DNA of 64,000 bases, taken from contig NW_004797598.1 of assembly GCF_000002075.1 (NCBI RefSeq), positions 203,428 through 267,427 on the forward strand, read 5' to 3'. Numbering within the stretch: position 1 is the stretch's first letter; each line of letters starts with the position of its first letter. Source of the stretch: Aplysia californica. Taxonomy: Eukaryota. Both the position numbers and the translations under genes were made by a program. Below, one piece after another: positions 27,501 through 37,700 of this stretch. Below the pieces are notes generated by a model. The model saw only the letters and a program-made list of their open reading frames with translations, made no database searches and was not told where the DNA came from.

Positions 27501-30105
27501 TTGTTGGATGTGTGTAAATATATAATATAAATATGTGTACATAAGCAGGTGCATGTGTGCATACCAGTAGTGAGCATGTGTGTCTGTTGTGTGTTGCTGC
27601 AGACAGTTGTTTACTGGAAGCACGAGGACAGCCATGCTTTTCTCTAGATCAAAGTTAACACTTAAGCAGACATTCACACCATCACAGCACCGGAACAAAA
27701 GCACCCATCTGTACTGAGCCTCTAGAACTATCTATAGTTTGGAGTTATGCAGCCTCTAATCACCACTGATAAAAAACAACCAACCATTCAACCAACCAAA
27801 ACTTATCACCAAAAGAAAATGAACCCACCTTTCTTGAGCCTTTAGAACCATCTCCAGTTTGGAGTTATGCAGCCTCTAATCACTACCCAGGAAAAACAAC
27901 CGACCAACCAACCAAACAAACAAACAAACAAACAAAAAAACAACCAAAACAAAAATCACCCAATAGTATTGAGCCATCTCCAGTCTCAAAGTTATGCAGC
28001 CTCTAATCACCACCGATAAAAAACAACCAACCATTCAACCAACCAACCAACCAAAACTTATCACCAAAACAAAAGCACCTCACCTGTACTAATCCTCTAG
28101 AGCCACCCCCAGTTTGGAGTCATGCAGCCTCTAATCACCACCCACGAAAAACAACCAACCAACCAAAACTAATCACCAAAACAAAATCCCCCCCTCCCCA
28201 CCTGTGCTGAGCCTCGAGCGCCATCTCCAGTTTGGAGTGGCACAGAACGGCGTGTCGCCGCTTGGCCGCCGCCTCAAAGTCGGGCTGGATCTTCAGCGTG
28301 TTCTCAAAGCATATGATGGACTTGTTGTACTCCCCCAGCACCTGGACAGCAGGACAGTAGCACNNNNNNNNNNNNNNNNNNNNNNNNNNNNNNNNNNNNN
28401 NNNNNNNNNNNNNNNNNNNNNNNNNNNNNNNNNNNNNNNNNNNNNNNNNNNNNNNNNNNNNNNNNNNNNNNNNNNNNNNNNNNNNNNNNNNNNNNNNNNN
28501 NNNNNNNNNNNNNNNNNNNNNNNNNNNNNNNNNNNNNNGAAGGAGCAAGCCACACCAGAGCACCTGCCAACCACCCACGAGGAAAGATACGGACAACAGA
28601 TGTTTGCTAGGAAAAAAAGAGCAAACCACACCAGAGTACCTGCCAACCACCCACGAGGAAAGATAAGGACGACAGATGTTTGCTAAGAAAAAAAGAGCAA
28701 GCCACACCAGAGCAACACACACCAACCAACCACCCACTGACAAAGACAAATGAAGAAGACTTACGGCATAAATGTTTCCTAAGGTGAAGTGGTTCACATT
28801 CAGTTCCTTGGACACCTCCAGGGCAGCGTGCACCAGAATTGCCGCTTCGTTCGAGAACTTGGCCCGATGGAGGATATTCGCCAGGCTTATCAGTGCAACA
28901 TCTTTTTGAAGCCGACTGTTGGGAGGGACGTCAAAAGGTTAGCACGAGTGAAACATCTTTGGGCCATTTTTTTCTTTAACACTTTGCCATCATATTTGGG
29001 GGAAATCCGAAGAGACAGGGTGGTAAATATCGCCAATCGGCGAGATGAGGCGGCAAAGGGTTAAACGTGGATGTTTTTAAACCCCCACTGACACAATTTT
29101 GATTATCTAGGAGGCCGGCTTCCAACCCTGACTGTCAGGACCAACTTCCCAGCACAAAGACCGAGATACACGATAAAATCATCTCTCCAATTGGGGATCA
29201 AACTTGGGTCCACTGTGTGCCACAGTGAAGCGCCTTACCGCTACACCACAGATGACCATTCTGTGTCGTTTAAGGTTTAAGTTTATCTGTCAAATTATCT
29301 TTTTTTCACTGATTGGGCTTCATCCCCATTTCAATAGGACTTCAATGATTTCTGACCACAAAAATGCTTGAAACAAAGCCCTCTGACGGACACAATTTTC
29401 ATGAACAAAGTTCAACGAGTAGAAAAGCCAAAAATACAAACTACTTCATAGAAAAATAGATTCATAAAAAAAACAACCCAAAACGCAAAAAAACAACCCA
29501 TGGCAACATTAGAATTAAAACAATTCTTCACCCACTCTCTACATTACAAGGTCTACATAATAATAAAGAAATTTGGGACAGTTGGCTAGCCTGATAAACA
29601 TTGGCAAAACTGTGAATTACCTCGGTGAATGATGTAAGGCCCTCCGGATACATTCGACTGCCTGGTACGGATTGCCCTTGATTCTCCAGTAGAAGGCAGC
29701 CATGTTGTACAAGATCCAGGAAGTCTTGTTCTGGGGAATGGTTTGTGTAGGGAAGAATATGAGAAGAAAATAAATAACTATACCTAAACGACTGTTTGTT
29801 TTTCAAAGAGTTTTACGGCACTTACAACACAATTAGGTCATACAAGTGCTGAAGATTAGAGGTGTTACCAGAAAGTAACAAAGACAACAACAAAAAAAGA
29901 AGGATGGAGAGAGATAGCAATGAGAGATGTTTGATAAGATAGAAGAAGCAATCCACACCAGAACACCTGCCAACCACCCACAACGTTCAATGTTTTACCT
30001 CCACATCAATACAATGCAGATCATATAGAAGGAGGGGCATAAGAGAGTGGGGGGAGGGGGGGGGGACAGAAAAAAGGGATAGAGGTGTGTAAGCGTGTAT
30101 GTACA

Positions 30106-30162
<57 letters not shown>

Positions 30163-33100
30163 CGGGGGGGGGGGGGGGGGGGGCATATAAAAACAATGAC
30201 TCTTATACCAAGTCTTAGCAAAATGTGAAACAGGCAAGAATAATGAAATAATATGAAAGAAAAAAAGGACCCATACTAGAGGCTCCATCCAACCGCTCTC
30301 ATTCTTGGGAAGAGTTGGAATTTAGAAAATAAAAAAACAAAAAAACATTAGGAATACATAAAACACATCAACTGCTCAGTATAAGACTCTGTCATACGTC
30401 ACTTTTCAAAATGACGTATGGCGGCGTCTTACGCTAAGCAGTCGAAATGATAGCTGAAAGTACTACCTGGCTGAATGCAACACGCCACCAACCTCATGGG
30501 ACTGAAATTCGTTTGAAACTACAGTCTAGCCCGCACATAGCCAACACGCACATAGTGGAACACTCACATGGCGAAGAGATATTCAGGTCCCGAATGTTTC
30601 TTATACATTATATTCTCTGTATTTAAAACATGTACATTGTGAAATTTGTACATATCGAAAAGATTTTTCTGTCCAGCTTAGTTTGGTGTGTATAATAAGT
30701 CTAAATTTAATAATAATAATAATAAATTACATTTATATAGCGCTCAACCCCCGATTAAAGTACACAGGTTCTGAGCGCTTTACAATACAGTACAACGTAC
30801 AACAGTAACATAAAATGTTAGTGTTCTGACTAAAGAAAATTACTCCAAACATTCATCTTATTAATTTAAAAACAGAAACGACTTCAGCTGACATTTGAAC
30901 GGATCAAAAGATTTGAAATTTAACTGAAATAAACCATGACTCATTCAATGCACACACACTTAGGTCTCACCTTGTTCAGAGCTTCGAAGACCAAGTGACC
31001 ATAATCATCCACATTTTCTCGGTGAGTGATGGCATTCTTCAGTCCCAGCTCTGGAGTGCCCGACAGATTATGTCTTGCCTTCATACCCTGTAAGCATCCG
31101 CAAACACATGTACTTAATAAAAAAAAATTTTTTTTTAATTTGTTAATGTAGGTGTTTTAACTATTTAGATTATTTATGAGGCAGGCTTCCAACTCTACCT
31201 GCCAGGGCCAACCCGGACTGAGAGGGCTACAACATCCCCAGCAGAAAGACAAAGATACTCAATAAAAATCCTCCCCACTCAAGTCTCTTACTAGCGACAC
31301 TGAGACACCTAACTGCTATACCACAGAAGTCAGTAAATGCATAACGAGAGAAAGGTTTGTAAGTACAAACACAATAGAAAAACTACATTAGAATTGAGAA
31401 AACTTCATGAAAAAAAATTATATAATGCACTATCAAAGCCACATTCAACGCAAACGCTCGAGGTCAAACAAGACAGTCGAGTCACAGTTTGCCTCTTGGG
31501 CTCAGGTAGTAATGGGAATTGTGAGTGAAACTTTGAACTATTTTTGCTTCCCAACCTTTGATTAATTATGTCAGCGGAGCTGGGTGATTTAAAGTGTCAA
31601 CAGTACGCCAAAAATCATCCTTTGCTTTTAAACACACCACAGACAGTGCGAGTAAACCACAGGTCATTTTCAACTGTCAGGTAAGAACAGTTCCACAGCC
31701 TGATACTAGACAACACAGCTTCCATTGAAAGAAATCAGTCTGGTATAAATAATAATAATAATAGATAGCATTTGTATAGCCCAAATCCCCGCTCAACAGC
31801 AAGCTCTATGCGCTTCACAATCTATACTACTATTACCTTAGCAGACCTGAGAGCATTTGGGTGAAGTGAGGAAAATTTGTGCAAAGTGCCTTTCCAAAGG
31901 AAACAACGTTGGGCCCACAGCTCAAACCCCCGAACCCGTAACCACTCGGCCATCGATGCCACACAAATAAGACTGAGAAGACTTCAACTAGCTCTTTCGG
32001 TACCATGTGCAGATCCCTGTCACTGCCCAAATCGACAGCTCAGCGTAAGGCTCCGCCATATACACCATTTCTAACAGTGACATATGAAGGAGTCTTACAC
32101 TATAAACAGTCAAAATGAGTTGAGCACTCCCATCGTATGATTTCGCATTTTGAACACTTTCAAATCATGAAACTTCCAAAGAACAAACCTCTAGGTGCTC
32201 AAAAGCATGCATGCTGAACTCCAGATCCATGAATGCTGTGCAGTCTGGAGCTTTTGGGTGTGGGTTTGGCGACCCATTGATGTCGATGTGTTCCTCGGGT
32301 CTAGAAATGGAAAAGAATTATGATTCAAAACAATGCTTTTGAAAGCATCAAAGACGTTTTTCTTTAAATGCTCAAAAGTTTTTTAAAACTTCTGAAAAGA
32401 AAGCAGCATTTTGTTACTGCGATTAGAAAACTAAATCAATCCCAATTTGTATTGTTTTTTTAACTCATTCCATAAAGCAAGGCCAATTGGAGCTATTAAT
32501 TTTTCTTGAGACAACAATGACACAATACATTTCATTGTGCATGCAATCTCTGAAGGGTAAAAAGTTGACATTGTGGAACATATTTTTGGAATCAGAAGCA
32601 AAGTAACAAACACTGAGGTTTAAAAAAAAGGTTTTCATTTCTTTTCAAGAAATTAAATTCTGTATATCGATTGCCCCCCCCCCCCCAAATCACAAAACAT
32701 TAGCTCTTAAACTGCATAAAATGAACTGAAGTACCTAAAATAACTGAAGTAAAGATATGGACTCACACATTGATTTGTATCGGGTGAAAATTAACTTTGA
32801 TAAAAGCCTCACATGAAAGAACCCACCTGATCCCTTTGTTTTCCAAAGGCAGAACTGTACTGATGTACAGATCAAACTCTGGTAGCGGCTTTCCAGCCTC
32901 AATGCAATCTGGATTAGTCTTGTAAAATTTTTGCTCCAATCCTAGAGGACAATCAAAGTGACCATGAAGAATTCATCAATATTTTCTAATCAACAAGACG
33001 CTACCAGTGGTAGAAATAAATACTGTTTAAAACTTTAAGAAGAGAAAAAAAAAAGAAAAAAGGATTAACACAGCCTGAAACCTGAGCATATTGCTTAAAC

Positions 33101-34714
33101 TTTAATCCCACAGTCAAAATTTGGGGAATACTTTTTACCTACGGAGTGAAAACAGGAGCAGGAGGAATAACATACAAAATTAAAACAAATTTGGGGAATG
33201 CTGAAGTCTCTTAAAACATAAATCTTAGTACGTATATTGACTTGAATTTCAGCAACTAANNNNNNNNNNNNNNNNNNNNNNNNNNNNNNNNNNNNNNNNN
33301 NNNNNNNNNNNNNNNNNNNNNNNNNNNNNNNNNNNNNNNNNNNNNNNNNNNNNNNNNNNNNNNNNNNNNNNNNNNNNNNNNNNNNNNNNNNNNNNNNNNN
33401 NNNNNNNNNNNNATTGAAAACAAAATTTTTCTGGATACCCTTTACCTGTATCTCGATCCTCATTTTTGTCGATTTCATCCTTTCTGTTCAATAGCTCTTT
33501 CTTCAAACCATTGAGCATCGATGCTCTGTCCTCCTGGTTCACGAATGCAACCAAGTCGTACGGGCGACGTAGGTTGAATACAGAATCGGCCTAGAAAAGA
33601 TTTCAGAAGAAGAAAAAAAGAAATCATTTAAAAAAGGAGAGCAACGGCCAGATGGAAGACTTGAAACATTTTATTCATTTTACTGGCAGACTGAAAGAGT
33701 TAAAAAATTAATGGCTTGACACATACATCATGATGCTTTCTGTGTGTATGAGGGCACTGTCCTGATACTGCTGGAAAATATTTGCTCTCAAGAGTTTAAG
33801 GGCAACATTTGCAGCATTTTCAAGTCACGTACACTGACCTCTCTAAAAGTATAATAACATTATAATTGTTCTGTATTAGAAATAAATAAAAGAGACATGA
33901 AAATGAGTTTATCAGAAGTAAAAACGAAAACAGTCAAATCAACAAACAAATTAGTAATATTACAGAAGTGGTAACATAATAAAGACAATTTTCCACCCTC
34001 GCAATGTTACTCGCCAACTTAAAATCTTGACTGCTTAAAACAAGTTCACACTTAAATTTGGCAACTCTAAAGACAACAGCATATATTTCACACCAAAGGA
34101 ACAAGGCAAAGCTGCTGTATAATTACTGGTCAAGCACATTAAATCAATTCAAGAACTAAGTTACTAGCTAACTCATCTATTTATTATTTATTATATATAG
34201 AATTTTGGTGGCGCCAACCTTATAACCACTCTTTAGAAGAAAGCGCACTCTTCAGACGAAATATGAACATAGAGGTAGGTATCATTCAATATATTCGTAA
34301 GAACATATTGGAGCCATTTCATGATTTTGAGCTTAAAACATTTTTAAACCATAGTTTTTAATATCACTGTGAAGAACTCTAGAATTGATGAATCACTTAT
34401 TTCACTCTTAAAAACCGAGAGTGTCCGCTTTTCAGTAACGATTCAAAGCACCACGGAAGAAAGCAAAGGGGAATTTCCCAAGCGGATACCTATATCATGT
34501 GTGGCAAGTGAGCCCGGTCCCGCGATAATATGTCAAGTTTATGCCAGTCACAGAACATTTTAGGGCTTCTCGGGTGTATCCTTAAACAAGGCACAATTGT
34601 CTATATGTCTTTGATAGCGTCTATTCGCGATGTATTTATTTAACAATGTACTTGTGCATTTATAATGTATGTCACTGTAAAACAAATTTCCCTGAGTGAT
34701 CAGTAATGTAGTAA

Positions 34715-34753
<39 letters not shown>

Positions 34754-37700
34754 TATTCTTTCATTTTTATTTCATGGATACTCCACAGTTGTAATGACAG
34801 CAAGACTGTTCTGTTGTCGTCTGGTCGAGACTGTAATGGTGGTATCAAAATGAAAATGCAATCTAGTATAAGCCATAAACTCAAGGTTTAAGATATGTGG
34901 GCAACATGTAAGCTAAAAGGGTAAAACTTGCTTATTTTCAGTGATCACAAAATTCAGCTACCTGATCACTATCACTCACTTTGATTTTCTAAACACATAA
35001 AAATAGACATGTTTACTATCCTAACCCTAGTAAAATACTTTATTTCTGCAGAGAAACAAAAATCAATCCTGACGATTTGAAGTGTAAAACCAGATGCAAA
35101 TTATCTGTTTTACAGTAGATCTAACATTATACTTACAATTAGTATCTAATAACGTCAGTGCAAATATTCCGTCAAATATGTTATGTTAAAGATAAAGATC
35201 TTGTCTGCGTCATCTCTAATTCGAATCTCCAGATCACAATCTATGTGATGACAAAATGGTCCCATTATAGGGCCCTGAGGTCTGAGCAAAACGAGAAAAA
35301 GAAACTGTCCCCGCTAACCCGCTCCCCTACCTGTTAACTCTTTCCGTTCAGAAAACATTTATCCTTTGACATTTCACATACTGAACCAACACAGTATTGT
35401 TGATAAAAGACTGAGACAGAATTTACATCAATACATTCTGAACATTCTTCAAAGCCAAAGAGTTAACAAATTATCTTAATTATGGATCTTCAAATCCAAG
35501 TACTTGATAAATTATCTTAATTATGGATCTTTCACACCCCCAGGAGCTTTTGTGCTTCATGTCAAGTGGTGGAGGATTCAAAGCGAGCTGCGAGTTAAAA
35601 TGTCCCTCTTTCCTCCTTAAGAAGAACAGAGATGGGTAACGATGAATGCATTAAACAATTTTAGCATTCCTTCCCAAATGGAAATGTAGTCAGAACTTAA
35701 AATGTTTAAGTATTTGTTTACATAATTAAATTTAATCTGCTTTCACAATTATTTAAAAATTTTTCAGAGGACAAACAGTCAATATCACATTCAATTATGA
35801 TTATCAAAATAGATAATGATGATTCACTATGTTTCACTGAAATGTGCATGAGCATAGAAAGTAAAAAAACACTAAAATAATTGCCAATTTAGGGCAGCTA
35901 CCTCAATAAGAATAGATAGACTTTGATCTCATCCAAAGAGAGAAGAGACTCTTGAGAATAAAGCAAGAGATCACCCCACAACCAAACAACTCCCCTTATA
36001 TATCTATACTAACTACATAGGCCTACGGTTATTAGAAATTTTATTAAATTGGGATAATAATTTTCCCTTTTTTACACTCTGTAATCTTGCACTTGGCAGG
36101 CATCATGTATGTGACTGTCGTGAGAAAATAAATCTACATGGGCACCTCCCCCCCCCCCCCCACTACAAAAGCTATTGCATAATCGCTTGTCCGGGGTGGG
36201 GGGGGGGGGACTCCTGAAAACCCCCTAATGACTACAAAAGGAAGCATTATAACATTATAAACAAACAAAAAAAGCCTAAAATATTGTTTAACGTTTCCAT
36301 TGGCCCAAAATATGTCGAACAAAAAACGGTATGGATAGCAGCCATGAGACGGGAGCGATTCTGTAAAAATAGTTATAAATTTTCTTCTGGAAAGGTTTCA
36401 AGTGAGGGCTGTACGCAAAGAGATAGCCTTTTAAGGCTGTCGTAATCATATGTGAGATGTATAATATTCAGGCCACTTCAGATATATATCCAACATTTCA
36501 CATGCGGCTAAATGTAGAACGACACACATGCCTGATTGGCTGCTAATTCTAGTAATGTGATGTCATCACATCCTGGAATACCCACAGACTATTTTTTAAA
36601 GGCCGTGGAGATACCGCGTGGAACAACATGTTGGGTCAGTGGCTTGACACATTCCGTATCGATGTGTTTTGCACGTTAATATTTCACACTTGCGGTTAAC
36701 TGTACAGCCCGTCAGCCATGCTCTGATTGGTTCAAGGTTTCCAGTATGTGAAAAACATTTCGAACTTCCAGTACTTGGAAATGATGGAAGATCGCTTATA
36801 TCATTGATGCTAAGAACAGTAAGAACGCTATGCTTGAAATAGAAGCACAGTAAACTCAACAAAGACAATTAAGCGAGCAATAGTCGCAGAAAAGATCCCC
36901 CCAATAAACAATGCGCAGAAGAGATAAGCAGTGCAGCATCTTCAGAGCACCGAATCAAATCACATATTATCGGTATTCCAGGAAAAACATCGCACCAAAT
37001 CCTAGTGCCATGCGGTCGGGTATATTTAGAGGTAAGATTGTACTTTACCGGACAACCTGTAACCGCCTGTCGGAACTACTTTCACTATGGCGCCCCTGGT
37101 TCCTGGTGGTACCCTATTCTTCCTTTCAGAGCTCCCCTATTCACCGTCCTACGTCCTCACACTTCAACTGCCAAGTACTGACTGACGTCTCTGACCGAGT
37201 TTTTCAGCCATCACGACCGTGCCCTTTGACCCACAACTTGATACCTTGACGCTAATCGGTCAATTTTATCACGTGGTCCACTATTCTTCTTTGCTCGCAA
37301 GTCTGTTAGGCCTACCCCCCCCCCCCCCTCCTAGTCCAGCCAAGTACAATGGAGGGCAAGAGATGCGCACGAGCACTCCTTTGCATATTGCAACCCACTA
37401 GGCCCTGCTCGCGACTCTGCGAGTGCTGCGAAATAAGGCTCGACATGGTCTGGCTAAGTGCGAGAACAGTACGCACAAGAGCTAGTTTACATAATTGGAA
37501 CCCCTGTTCCAAGTCTAAAATTACCCCGATTGTCCACTTAGCACCATGGTCTGCTCATAAATTGCTGTTCGGTTTTTTTATTATTGTTGCCAGGGGCCAG
37601 GCAAGCCCCCCTGAAATCCCCCACTGTTGTTATAATGATATATCCCTACCCCCACCCTCAACCACCACCTCTTGCTCACCTCGCCTCGCCACAGGCTTGC

